Positions 45,873 through 54,919 of a stretch of 64,000 nt of DNA are shown here, in pieces. The DNA comes from Coriobacteriales bacterium. Its GTDB lineage: Bacteria; Actinomycetota; Coriobacteriia; Coriobacteriales; UBA8131. Under the pieces are notes generated by a model. It was not told the origin of the DNA, did no database searches, and saw only the letters and a list, made by a program, of their open reading frames with translations. Location of the stretch: assembly GCA_031290175.1 (NCBI GenBank), contig JAITOC010000009.1, forward strand, positions 10,285 to 74,284. The letters are read 5' to 3'. Both the position numbers and the translations under genes were made by a program. The number at the start of each line of letters is the position of its first letter. Position 1 is the stretch's first letter.

Positions 45873-48176
45873 TTATTCGATATATTGTTTGCCGTCACTG
45901 CGCTCCGGAGCGTCGTTGACCTTAAGGGTCTTCACCTTTGCAAAGGTGTTCAAGTCGTAGACGTTGAGCCTGGTCATGGAGTAGACATACAGATAGTTAT
46001 CGACGTAGAAGCCACGCGTATTCCTGCCACCCCAGGCGTCGTCATCATCGAGGGGAAGTTCAGCTTTGAGATAGAAGCCTTTTTTGTCGGTATAGCCGTA
46101 CACGAGATAACTGTCCTCTCCGGGGAAGGCGATCAGGTCATGTTCTGCATCGATAAGGACAGTCTTGTGGTCGTCGAGCGCTGACGTGTAGTAGATATCC
46201 AGTTCCTTGGTGCTGAGCTCGGTCACATCGTAGGGATTGCTCGTATCAAACATACTGAGTTTAACATTGCCGGTGCTACTTCCAACGGCGGCATGCCCTA
46301 TACCAAAGAGGCGCCCTTCAGAGAAGGGGTGCAGATAGGTGCTAAATCCTGGTATCTTGAGCTCGCTCATGATTTTTGGAACTCTCGGGTTTGAGAGATC
46401 CACGGCAAAAAGCGGATCCATCTGGCGATAGGTGACAACATAGCCGACCTTACCCGTAAAGCGTACACTGTAGATGCGCTCATCCTCGGCGAGCCCTGTG
46501 ATACTGCCGACTACTTCAAGATCGGGATCGAGCACGAAAAGTGCGCTTGACGGCTGGTTGTCATCGTATTTATAGCTCTCTATATCGAGCTCCTCATCCA
46601 AGTACACCTTGTAGCCGTAGCTCTGATCCGTTGTTGCGACGCGGAGGTTTCCCTGATACTCGTCAAGCGAGAACTGATTGAGCAGCGTGCCGGGTATGCT
46701 GGTTTCGGCGGTGATGTCCAGGTTGCCCTTATCCGCAGAAACTCGGATGATGTGTGTGTTTGAACCGCTGCGATATTCGGTAACAGTGTAGACGCTCTCC
46801 CGGTAAGGCTCAAGCGCCACATCCTCATAGACAGATGAGCCGAGATAGAGGTTATCGTCGCTCATGTAGACCGTCTCTGTGCCACCCAGCGCCGAGCTGC
46901 TATCGATGAACTGGCGGGAACCAAGGTCGATCGAGTTGATGACTGTGTAAGTAGGTGAATTAACCTGCGGCAAAATGCAGATATCTTCGACCGGAAGGCA
47001 TTCGTAAACACCGTTCACGCCCCTGAGTGGTACGTAGGTTGCGGGATCATCCTCAACAACATCGGACTGGAGAGAGTAGTTCGTGACGAAATAGAGCACA
47101 CCGTCATTTAAGCGTGAAGTGTTGTAGTAACCGCTGCCAGCATACTCACCAACGAGAATCGCGTTTGCAGGATCCTTGACATTGAAGAGCAGAACCTTCG
47201 TCAAGCTATCACCCTGATAATAGTAAGAGTTGCCGCCAGCACGCTTGCCGTCCTCATACCAGGCATAGCTCTGGACAATGACGGCGAGTGTCGAATCGCT
47301 GATATAGAGCTCGTAGACCGTCTGAAGGTTGTCGAGGTCAGCGACAGAGGCACGAAACACCTCAGTCGTATCGGCACCGGTGGCCGTGAAGATGACGAGG
47401 TCGCCCCGCGACACAGCATAGATGTAGTCCCCGTCGGTTTTGACGATATCTCCCTCATCAATGCCTTCGACCTGCGTATTGGTCGTAGAGTAATCAGAGG
47501 AAGCCACGGAGGAGCCAGAATCGGCTGAGATTTCGGGCGCTACCGACGAGCTTCCTAACTCTTTCGCACTTTCTGAGCCACTTGCAGGAGCAGATTGCAT
47601 AACTTCTGCTCCTGCCACAGAGTCCTCTGTACCCAGGGGCTCAACCGTGTCATAGGCAATGTCACCGCCATAGCTCGACGTATAGGAGAATCCGTCTATC
47701 GTCTGGTAAATCTCGGCATAGGATTCGGCTGACACAGGCTTGATGGTCATCTTGTTGCCAGAAGGTCCCTCGTAGGTTGGGCTTAGATCGATAGTTGTAT
47801 TGCCCGAACGACCACCTAGGGCAGTATCAATCAGGTCATCGAGGAACTGCGAGCCAAGAGCGGCGGTTACGCCAACTACAACAAGCACCATGACGGCGGC
47901 GGCGGCGGCAATCCCCCATACGTACCTACGCTTCTTCTGGCGGAGCGGTCGTACGGAGCCAGGAACGTCTATGCGCGCAGAGGGCACGGGGCTGGGCAGC
48001 CCAGAGGTGCCCGATACGGCAGCCGAACCAGAGGCGACAACTGAGCCCGCTGTCTCGGCGGAGTCAGACCCCGAGGGCTGGGCATCCTCTGCCTCCAAAG
48101 CAGTCGTAAGCCTGTCAAGCAGCTCGTCTGACGGCGTCATCTGCTCCTTCATGTTGTTAAGGATGTTTTTAGTCAT
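45873..48176 (-). CDS. anti-sigma factor fused to an extracytoplasmic beta-propeller domain (COG4880/Beta_propel family)
   Basis: 767 aa. It has a short cytoplasmic N-terminus, one TM (WGIAAAAAVMVLVVVGV), and motifs LDEYQGNLRVATT and VRFTGKVGYVVTYRQMDPLFAVDLSNP...ELKIPGFSTYLHP. Its start overlaps the sigma gene by 8 nt. Confidence 0.75.
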   Translation of the reverse strand: MTKNILNNMKEQMTPSDELLDRLTTALEAEDAQPSGSDSAETAGSVVASGSAAVSGTSGLPSPVPSARIDVPGSVRPLRQKKRRYVWGIAAAAAVMVLVVVGVTAALGSQFLDDLIDTALGGRSGNTTIDLSPTYEGPSGNKMTIKPVSAESYAEIYQTIDGFSYTSSYGGDIAYDTVEPLGTEDSVAGAEVMQSAPASGSESAKELGSSSVAPEISADSGSSVASSDYSTTNTQVEGIDEGDIVKTDGDYIYAVSRGDLVIFTATGADTTEVFRASVADLDNLQTVYELYISDSTLAVIVQSYAWYEDGKRAGGNSYYYQGDSLTKVLLFNVKDPANAILVGEYAGSGYYNTSRLNDGVLYFVTNYSLQSDVVEDDPATYVPLRGVNGVYECLPVEDICILPQVNSPTYTVINSIDLGSRQFIDSSSALGGTETVYMSDDNLYLGSSVYEDVALEPYRESVYTVTEYRSGSNTHIIRVSADKGNLDITAETSIPGTLLNQFSLDEYQGNLRVATTDQSYGYKVYLDEELDIESYKYDDNQPSSALFVLDPDLEVVGSITGLAEDERIYSVRFTGKVGYVVTYRQMDPLFAVDLSNPRVPKIMSELKIPGFSTYLHPFSEGRLFGIGHAAVGSSTGNVKLSMFDTSNPYDVTELSTKELDIYYTSALDDHKTVLIDAEHDLIAFPGEDSYLVYGYTDKKGFYLKAELPLDDDDAWGGRNTRGFYVDNYLYVYSMTRLNVYDLNTFAKVKTLKVNDAPERSDGKQYIE

Positions 48177-48693
48177 TGAAGTACTCTCCTTTCAGACGAT
48201 TGCGCAACTGCGCACGTCCTCTTGAAAGCTGCACCTTCACCGTTCCTGCCTCGATTCCCTGCAGCACGCTTATCTGAGCAATGGAGAGATCATCAAAGTA
48301 GAACAAGTGCAATACGGTTCGATACGGTAGTGGGAGCTCCTGGAGCGCCTGGAAGACCCTGTCCTCTTCCTCGGAGCGAAAGTGGAAGCTGTCTTCAGAA
48401 GCGGGCTCGATGTCGGTGTCGTGGATGGGTACGACCTTTTTGTGCCAACTGTTGGAAGTGGCCTGCTTGGAACAATTGATCGTTGTCACGATGAGCCAGG
48501 CCTTGCAGCGCTCATCCGTTTCAAACACCGGTCGTTTTCGATGGTAAGCCAAGAAGACCTCTTGGAAGACGTCTTCGGCGTCCGTCTTGTTGCTGGTGTG
48601 GCTGAGCGCGATACGGTACACCATGTCCTTGTAGTGCATGACTACGGCTTCCGTATCGAGATACGCCGACTGCGCGACTGCATTCATACCCAA
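48169..48693 (-). CDS. ECF-type RNA polymerase sigma-70 family factor
   Basis: 174 aa. Region 2 reads VFQEVFLAYHR and region 4 reads LSIAQISVLQGIEAGTVKVQLSRGR. TTG start lies 6 nt after GGGAGG. Confidence 0.88.
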   Translation of the reverse strand: MGMNAVAQSAYLDTEAVVMHYKDMVYRIALSHTSNKTDAEDVFQEVFLAYHRKRPVFETDERCKAWLIVTTINCSKQATSNSWHKKVVPIHDTDIEPASEDSFHFRSEEEDRVFQALQELPLPYRTVLHLFYFDDLSIAQISVLQGIEAGTVKVQLSRGRAQLRNRLKGEYFND

Positions 48694-48796
48694 TCCAATC
48701 CTCCCTTTAGAACCTCTTTATCCAGAGCACACGCTAACCCCTACTCCTATAAATCAGAGCAGGCATCCAAAAGGTTACATATTATTCAACAAAGAT

Positions 48797-49747
48797 TCAG
48801 GCGAGGGATATTTTTATCGTTCGGGTGGCGGTGCTGAAATCATCCGTCGTAGCCACACCCGAGATGCCATAATCATAAGTGACGGTCACCGTCCATACGG
48901 TGAGCCCACTATCTGCAGTTGAGCGACCAGAAAAGATAGCCTCCTGTTTGATGATCTTGCGGTTCTCGGATACCGCATTGTCGTAACGTATGCTCGACTC
49001 ATGATCGGGCGGTGCGTAAGCATAGTCCCGGGGCGTTACACCGGCCGCTTGCAGCGTGTTCACAACACTGTCGCCCGTTGCGAGCAAGGCATCGAAGCTC
49101 GTTTCAGGAAAGCCTATGAGACGGACATCACAGCTGAAATAGACGTCAACAACCGTCCCGCTCCCATTGACACTGCAACGAACCGAAGCTATCGGATAGC
49201 TGTTGTTGGTAGAGGTAGCCGCTCCGGAAGTCTCAGCTTGTTGCGCGGCTCCCCCAGGAGCGATGGATGAGAAGGTTACAATTTGCGCGATGTCAGGGTT
49301 CGCCGAGTCTGACCAAGGCTCCGTCTTCGTGAGCTCAAACCCAGAGCCGAGCTTTGCCAGGACTCCATCTGCACTCAGACCGTAAAGCTCTTTAAGATCT
49401 GGAATAGGGATGGTTTCCACCTGGATCTTTTCTGGCGCTCCTTCAATATAGTTGTTGCCGTCGGGGATATTTGCTCCAGGCTTGGGTGGGGTCGATACGG
49501 TAGAGCCCCCGGGGGTCTCCTCTCCTGTTATGAGCTGCCTGATCTCGTCACCAAAGACCAGATAACCAAGATAGCCTAAGCCGCCAAGCGCGACGACCGC
49601 TACGAGGATGACCGTGATAAGCGCTGCGCGTGTACGCTTTGCCTTCTTGATCTGTCTTTCGGTTATAGGCTTCAGAGGTGAAGACGCGTCGGTATTGAGC
49701 GTCGGGGAATCCTCGGTTCCGTTGAAACTATCCAACTCTTCAGGCAT
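48797..49747 (-). CDS. single-pass membrane protein, function unknown
   Basis: 316 aa with one TM (ALITVILVAVVALGGLGYLGYLVF) and an extracytoplasmic domain with no motif I recognise. Confidence 0.6.
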   Translation of the reverse strand: MPEELDSFNGTEDSPTLNTDASSPLKPITERQIKKAKRTRAALITVILVAVVALGGLGYLGYLVFGDEIRQLITGEETPGGSTVSTPPKPGANIPDGNNYIEGAPEKIQVETIPIPDLKELYGLSADGVLAKLGSGFELTKTEPWSDSANPDIAQIVTFSSIAPGGAAQQAETSGAATSTNNSYPIASVRCSVNGSGTVVDVYFSCDVRLIGFPETSFDALLATGDSVVNTLQAAGVTPRDYAYAPPDHESSIRYDNAVSENRKIIKQEAIFSGRSTADSGLTVWTVTVTYDYGISGVATTDDFSTATRTIKISLA

Positions 49748-49777
49748 TGCAATCTCCTAAAAGGTGAGTCATTGCTT

Positions 49778-50110
49778 CTACAAATAATACAGTACCAGGA
49801 ATATCACAAGAACCACCAAGCCAACACAACACGCAGCGAGGACTATCTTCTGAACGATGGGCATCGGCGGAAGTTCTTCACTGGCACCAGCGCCCGTCTT
49901 CGGTCGTGCTGAGTCGCCCTCTGAGAGCCCCTCTTCTGCATCGACCTCAAGAGCCGTCGGAGAGTCCAGGGTCGTAGCTTCCTCGACCACGCCAACGGTT
50001 ATGACCTCCTCCTCATCGGAGGAACCCGCAGGTGCGTCGGTAGAACCAATGCGTATATGCGAGAAACGTGGGTTCTGCTCGTCGTCCATGTGGCTCCATT
50101 TGAAGAACAT
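49778..50110 (-). CDS. small acidic tail-anchored membrane protein, function unknown
   Basis: At most 110 aa (alternative ATG at 50089). Has an acidic N-terminal region and a C-terminal TM (IVLAACCVGLVVLVIFLVLYYL). A TATAAT sits upstream at 50127-50132 on the minus strand. Confidence 0.5.
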   Translation of the reverse strand: MFFKWSHMDDEQNPRFSHIRIGSTDAPAGSSDEEEVITVGVVEEATTLDSPTALEVDAEEGLSEGDSARPKTGAGASEELPPMPIVQKIVLAACCVGLVVLVIFLVLYYL

Positions 50111-50258
50111 ATCCGTGGACTGATGTGTTTCATTATACGATAAAAGTACCCCACTACGCCAGCCGTCGTTACCTTGCTGGAATAAGGAGCGAGGCCGGAG
50201 CGAGAGAAGGCATCGTATGACCGCATGTAATCAGTTTATATATGCGGCCGTCAGTGCT

Positions 50259-50576
50259 TCAGTGCATGCGGGCGTTGAGTTCTCCGGCGAGCTCATCAAG
50301 ACTGATGTCTGCGCGCTCAAAGAGTACGAGCAGGTGGTACAGAAGGTCGCCTGCCTCATAGCGGATGTGGTCATGGTCGTCTTCCTTGACCGCAAGCACG
50401 AGCTCTGCAGCTTCTTCGATGACCTTCATGAGGAGTTTATCCTCTGCTTCGCTCAGCAACCGCGCCGTATAGCTCGCATCGAGAGAAGCTATTCGGCGGT
50501 CATGTATCGTCTTGGCAAGCATGGCGATGGTCTCGCCAAAATCCCCTGCCTGCACGTTTGCTGTTCGTTCACCCAT
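50259..50576 (-). CDS. hisE: phosphoribosyl-ATP pyrophosphohydrolase
   Basis: 105 aa from ATG 50576. Has the MazG-like region [23 protein letters not shown]...[12 protein letters not shown]. It overlaps hisI by 8 nt. The upstream part of the track ORF is just the hisI 3' end read in another frame. Confidence 0.88.
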   Translation of the reverse strand: MGERTANVQAGDFGETIAMLAKTIHDRRIASLDASYTARLLSEAEDKLLMKVIEEAAELVLAVKEDDHDHIRYEAGDLLYHLLVLFERADISLDELAGELNARMH

Positions 50577-50901
50577 CGTCTCTGACCTCCCGATAAAAGC
50601 AGGTTCTGTTGCCCGTGTGACAGGCAGGACCCGGACTATCAACCTCAACCAGTAGGCAATCAGCGTCACAGTCATAGGAGACCTGTTTGACCTGTTGGGT
50701 GTTCCCGCTGGTAGCACCCTTGTTCCAAAGCTCCTCGCGTGAGCGGCTCCAGAACCACGTTGTCTTCGTGCTCAGCGTCAACTCAAGCGCCTCAGCGTTC
50801 ATGTAGGCCATCATGAGCACCTCTTTTGTGTCGTACTGCTGGATGATGGCGGGGATGAGCCCCGCAGCATCGAACCTGAGTGGGAGCTTACAGTCAGCCA
50901 T
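50569..50901 (-). CDS. hisI: phosphoribosyl-AMP cyclohydrolase
   Basis: 110 aa containing [29 protein letters not shown] and DCDADCLL...GPACHTG. Confidence 0.92.
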   Translation of the reverse strand: MADCKLPLRFDAAGLIPAIIQQYDTKEVLMMAYMNAEALELTLSTKTTWFWSRSREELWNKGATSGNTQQVKQVSYDCDADCLLVEVDSPGPACHTGNRTCFYREVRDDG

Positions 50902-50930
50902 GCGTCTCCGACCTCTCGCTTACTATCATA

Positions 50931-51698
50931 TCAGTCCAACCTTACGGGTATGCCTTGCGAGGCCATGTACTCTTTGACCTCACGAACCGTCAGCTCACCA
51001 AAATGAAAAACGCTGGCGGCGAGAACGGCATCTGCCTCACCGTCCAGTATACCCTCTGCAAAGTGTTCAAGCACGCCCACACCGCCACTTGCGATAACGG
51101 GGATGTCGACCGCGCGTGCCACCGCCCGGGTGAGCGCAAGGTCAAAACCGTCTTTGGAGCCGTCGCGATCCATGGAGGTGAGCAGTATCTCCCCTGCTCC
51201 CCGTTTGTTTGCTTCGCGCGCCCACTCGATGGCATCGATGCCCGTGTCGATGCGACCACCGTTGAGAAAGACCGTCCATCTGTCGCCTGCGCCCGCAATG
51301 CGTTTGGCATCGATGGCGCAGAGTATCGCCTGTGAGCCAAAGGCAGCTGCCCCAGCTGTGATGAGGCTTGGGTCACGCACAGCTGCCGAATTGACGCTGA
51401 CCTTGTCCGCACCGGCGGCTATCATCGTGCGAATGTCGGCGATGCCTTTGAAGCCGCCGCCGACGGTATAGGGGATGTGGAGCTCCTCGCTTGCGTGCGC
51501 CGCCATCTCGATGACCGTGCGCCTGTCTTCATGGGTCGCCGTGATGTCGAGAAAGATGACCTCGTCAGCGCCTTGAAGGTCGTAGGCAGCTGCCAACTCG
51601 ACCGGGTCGCCCGCGTCGCGCAGGTTTATGAAGTTGACCCCTTTGACGACGCGTCCATCCTTGACGTCCAGGCAGGGCATGACCCGTTTGGTTAGCAT
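50931..51698 (-). CDS. hisF: imidazole glycerol phosphate synthase cyclase subunit
   Basis: ATG 51698 gives the canonical N-terminus [20 protein letters not shown]. The track start TTG is at 51722. Confidence 0.93.
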   Translation of the reverse strand: MLTKRVMPCLDVKDGRVVKGVNFINLRDAGDPVELAAAYDLQGADEVIFLDITATHEDRRTVIEMAAHASEELHIPYTVGGGFKGIADIRTMIAAGADKVSVNSAAVRDPSLITAGAAAFGSQAILCAIDAKRIAGAGDRWTVFLNGGRIDTGIDAIEWAREANKRGAGEILLTSMDRDGSKDGFDLALTRAVARAVDIPVIASGGVGVLEHFAEGILDGEADAVLAASVFHFGELTVREVKEYMASQGIPVRLD

Positions 51699-51718
51699 GC
51701 GGTTCCTTTCCTTTGGGG

Positions 51719-52444
51719 TCAATCGCTCAGGGCGGCGAGGGCTGTTTCGAGCGTGAAGGCTCCCTCATAGAGAGCGCGCCCGGTGATGACACCTTCTATA
51801 TGGGTATCACCCAGAGCTTTGAGAGCCCTGAGATCATCGAGGGTGGAGATGCCGCCCGAGGCGGTGACGGGAAAGCCCGCGCCCTTGGCAATACGCTCGT
51901 ATGCCGCAGCGTCAATGCCGGTCTGCATCCCATCGCGGGCAATATCCGTATAGACAAGGTGGCACACGCCCCAGGCCTTGAGTTCCTCGATGAGCTCGGT
52001 TGCCAAAACGCCGCTCCCCGCACGCCAGCCCTCGATGGCGACCTCACCGCCGCGCGCGTCCACGCCGGCACAGATAAGGTCGCCATAGCGCCTTGTTGCC
52101 GCACGCGCGAAGTCCGGGGCGGTGACCAGCTTGGTACCGATGACCACACGACTTGCTCCCGCCTGCTTCAGGCGCTCTATCGTCTCCAGCGAGCGAACAC
52201 CGCCGCCAACCTCAACAGCAAGACCGGTAGCTGCGATGATGCGCTCTATAATCGGGCTGTTCGTGGAAATGCCCGACCGTGCTCCATCGAGATCGACAAC
52301 ATGGAGCCAGGTCGCGCCTGCCGCTTTGAAGGTGCATGCCTGCTCGACGGGATCCTCGTTGTAGACGGTGACCGCCGCGTAGTCGCCACGAGCGAGCCGC
52401 ACCGCCTTGCCGTCTAACAGGTCTATCGCTGGCAACAGATACAT
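51719..52444 (-). CDS. hisA: 1-(5-phosphoribosyl)-5-[(5-phosphoribosylamino)methylideneamino]imidazole-4-carboxamide isomerase
   Basis: 241 aa starting [22 protein letters not shown] overlap with hisH. Confidence 0.92.
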   Translation of the reverse strand: MYLLPAIDLLDGKAVRLARGDYAAVTVYNEDPVEQACTFKAAGATWLHVVDLDGARSGISTNSPIIERIIAATGLAVEVGGGVRSLETIERLKQAGASRVVIGTKLVTAPDFARAATRRYGDLICAGVDARGGEVAIEGWRAGSGVLATELIEELKAWGVCHLVYTDIARDGMQTGIDAAAYERIAKGAGFPVTASGGISTLDDLRALKALGDTHIEGVITGRALYEGAFTLETALAALSD

Positions 52445-53106
52445 CAGAGACTCCTTGCAAATGCGGCGAAGTTCTGTAACACACGCAAGCCTTTGTGTGA
52501 GCTCTTCTCGGGATGGAACTGCACCCCAAAGGCGTTCATCTTGCGTATGACACAGGGGAAGCTGCGGGCATGGGTCACCGTGGCAAGGATGTCTTGTTGG
52601 TCAGTGACCTCTGCCCGATACGAGTGCGTGAAATAGAAGTTGGAACCATCATCGATACCCGCGAACAGGGGTGCGAGCCGTGCATCCGTTTCATCCTTGC
52701 AGTGAACCTGATTCCAGCCAACGTGGGGAACCTTATAGAACCTGCCCCGCTCGTCGGCAGCGTCAACACGCCGCACACAACCAGAGACGACGCCCAGACC
52801 CTCCATCCAATCCGGGCTTGGCACGCCCTCATTCCCGCGCTCCATGAGCAGCTGGAGTCCAAGACAGACGCCAAGAAAGGGCACGCCCTCAGCTATGCGC
52901 TCACGGATGACCTCCATCTGACCGCTCGTTTGCATGAAGCCAGCGGCATCCGCAAAGGCACCGACGCCTGGCAGCACGATCGCCCCAGCACGCGCGATAA
53001 CGGCGGGGTCGGCGCTGACGCGTGCTTCGGCACCCGCAAGCTGCAAGCCTTTCTGCATGGAGCGCAGGTTCCCTTTGCAATAATCGACCACAACGAAGTA
53101 CGCCAC
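52444..53106 (-). CDS. hisH: imidazole glycerol phosphate synthase glutamine amidotransferase subunit
   Basis: 220 aa with the catalytic region PFLGVCLGLQLL and C-terminal GVQFHPEKS. Confidence 0.92.
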   Translation of the reverse strand: MAYFVVVDYCKGNLRSMQKGLQLAGAEARVSADPAVIARAGAIVLPGVGAFADAAGFMQTSGQMEVIRERIAEGVPFLGVCLGLQLLMERGNEGVPSPDWMEGLGVVSGCVRRVDAADERGRFYKVPHVGWNQVHCKDETDARLAPLFAGIDDGSNFYFTHSYRAEVTDQQDILATVTHARSFPCVIRKMNAFGVQFHPEKSSHKGLRVLQNFAAFARSL

Positions 53107-53694
53107 CTAGAGCATTCCTTTCGTCGAGGGAACGCGGGTGCCTACGCGGGGGTCGAGCGCGACTGCTGTGCTAAGTGCGCGTGCCACCGCTTTGGCAGCG
53201 GCCTCAATGATGTGGTGCGCATTCTCGCCTGCGAACGAACGGACATGCAGGGTGAGCTGCGCATTCGACGCCAACGCGATAAGAAACTCCTTGAAGAGGG
53301 TCGTGTCGAAGCTGCCGATGAACTCTATGGGGAGCTCGACCTCCCAGTGCACCTGCCCGCGCCCGCTGATGTCGATGGCGGCAAGCACGAGCGCCTCATC
53401 CATGGGCACGAGGGCGTCTCCAAAACGGGCGATCCCCGCCCTGCTACCGAGCGCCTGATTGAGCGCCTGACCAAAGACGATGCCCACGTCCTCAACGGTG
53501 TGGTGTGCGTCCACCGCAAGATCGCCTAGCGCCGTCACCTCAAGGTCGAAGAGCCCGTGACGCCCCATGGCGTCGAGCATGTGGTCAAAGAAGGGAACGC
53601 CGGTTGTAGCGGAGGTCTGTCCTGTGCCATCAAGTTCAAGGCTCAGGGTGACCTTCGTCTCCTTTGTCTCGCGTTCCAGGATTGCATTCCTCAT
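53107..53694 (-). CDS. hisB: imidazoleglycerol-phosphate dehydratase
   Basis: 195 aa containing RETKETKVTLSLELDG and DAHHTVEDVGI. Confidence 0.93.
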   Translation of the reverse strand: MRNAILERETKETKVTLSLELDGTGQTSATTGVPFFDHMLDAMGRHGLFDLEVTALGDLAVDAHHTVEDVGIVFGQALNQALGSRAGIARFGDALVPMDEALVLAAIDISGRGQVHWEVELPIEFIGSFDTTLFKEFLIALASNAQLTLHVRSFAGENAHHIIEAAAKAVARALSTAVALDPRVGTRVPSTKGML

Positions 53695-54782
53695 AGTCTA
53701 TCCTCCAATAGGGTGCCCAATATAAGGGAGCAGGCCTGCAGGAGCTGTTGGTTCTGCTCGGGGGTACCAACGCTCACGCGCAGGCAATCGGTGAGCCCGG
53801 GTGCGGCTGAGAAGTCGCGCAGCAGGATGCCAAAGTCGTCATAGAGTCGCTGCCAGAGTTCCTGTGCGCCTGCAACCCGCAGCAGCAGGTAGTTTGCCTC
53901 ACTCGGAAAGACCTCTACGCCGGGGAGCGCCGCGAGCGCACCTGCAAGCCGGTCACGGTCTGCCGCGATACCCTGCGCAAGCTGGAGCACCTCGTTGCTG
54001 TGGCCAAGGACGGCTTTGCCCGCCGCCGCCGAATAGCTGTCAACCGAATACGGCTGCCGCACCTTTATGAGCTCGGCGATAACGGCGGGGCTGGCTAGGA
54101 GGTAGCCGAGTCTGAGCCCAGCGAGCCCATAGGCCTTTGAGAAGGTGCGGAGCAAGGCGAGGTTCTGATGGCGGCTGAGCAGTCCGGTCAGGTCGAACTG
54201 TGGCTGCGCGAACTCGACATAGGCCTGGTCGATGACGACGAGGGCATCGCTTGCGGCAAGGAGCCGCTCGACGAAGTCTGCCGTGAGACAGTCGCCGGTC
54301 GGGTTGTTGGGTGAGGCGAGCATGACCAGGTCAATGGTGCCAGTCGCCACGCGTTGCAGGATGGCGTCCTCGTCGAGCCAAAACTGCTCAGTCCGCTCAA
54401 GTGAAACAACCGTGGTTGTTGTCAGCAGCGCATCGAAGGCGTAGGACGAGAAGCAGGGCGGTGCAATCAGGAGCCTGCGCTCTCTGCCACCGTAAGCGAG
54501 CAGCAGGTTGAGAAGCAACTCGTCGCCGCCGTTGCCAACGAGCACCTGCTCAACAGAAACGCCGCAAACGCCTGCAATCGCAGCGCACAGGTCATGTGCG
54601 AGCGGATCGGGATAGCGGTTAAACGGCAGCGTCTTGGCAAGCTGTGCCAACTCTGCGCGCAGTTCAGCCGACGGGTCGCAGGGGTTCTCGTTTGCGTTGA
54701 GATAGACCCGGGCGGGCAGGTATTTGGGGTCGTAGGGCTCCAGGCCTGCGAGGTGCGACACCGGGGGACGAACTTGAAGCAT
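53691..54782 (-). CDS. hisC: histidinol-phosphate aminotransferase
   Basis: 363 aa class-II aminotransferase. Contains YLNANENP and the PLP-Lys region LRTFSKAYGLAGLRLGY. Confidence 0.92.
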   Translation of the reverse strand: MLQVRPPVSHLAGLEPYDPKYLPARVYLNANENPCDPSAELRAELAQLAKTLPFNRYPDPLAHDLCAAIAGVCGVSVEQVLVGNGGDELLLNLLLAYGGRERRLLIAPPCFSSYAFDALLTTTTVVSLERTEQFWLDEDAILQRVATGTIDLVMLASPNNPTGDCLTADFVERLLAASDALVVIDQAYVEFAQPQFDLTGLLSRHQNLALLRTFSKAYGLAGLRLGYLLASPAVIAELIKVRQPYSVDSYSAAAGKAVLGHSNEVLQLAQGIAADRDRLAGALAALPGVEVFPSEANYLLLRVAGAQELWQRLYDDFGILLRDFSAAPGLTDCLRVSVGTPEQNQQLLQACSLILGTLLEDRL

Positions 54783-54840
54783 ATCAGAGACTCCTTATCG
54801 TAGTGCTTGGGAAGGTGCTGATTACTTGCTCCCCACCCTG

Positions 54841-54899
54841 TCATTGCGGGCTTGACCCGCAATCTACAAGGAGGAGATTGCGGGTCAAGCCCGCAATGA
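54841..54899. repeat. nested palindromic (REP-like) element in the hisD-hisC intergenic region
   Basis: Perfect 24-bp inverted repeat TCATTGCGGGCTTGACCCGCAATC (54841-54864) / GATTGCGGGTCAAGCCCGCAATGA (54876-54899) with an 11-nt spacer TACAAGGAGGA. Each arm is itself an 8-bp hairpin, ATTGCGGG-N5-CCCGCAAT. Confidence 0.85.
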
Positions 54900-54919
54900 T
54901 GGGATTAATCGGTGCTTCC

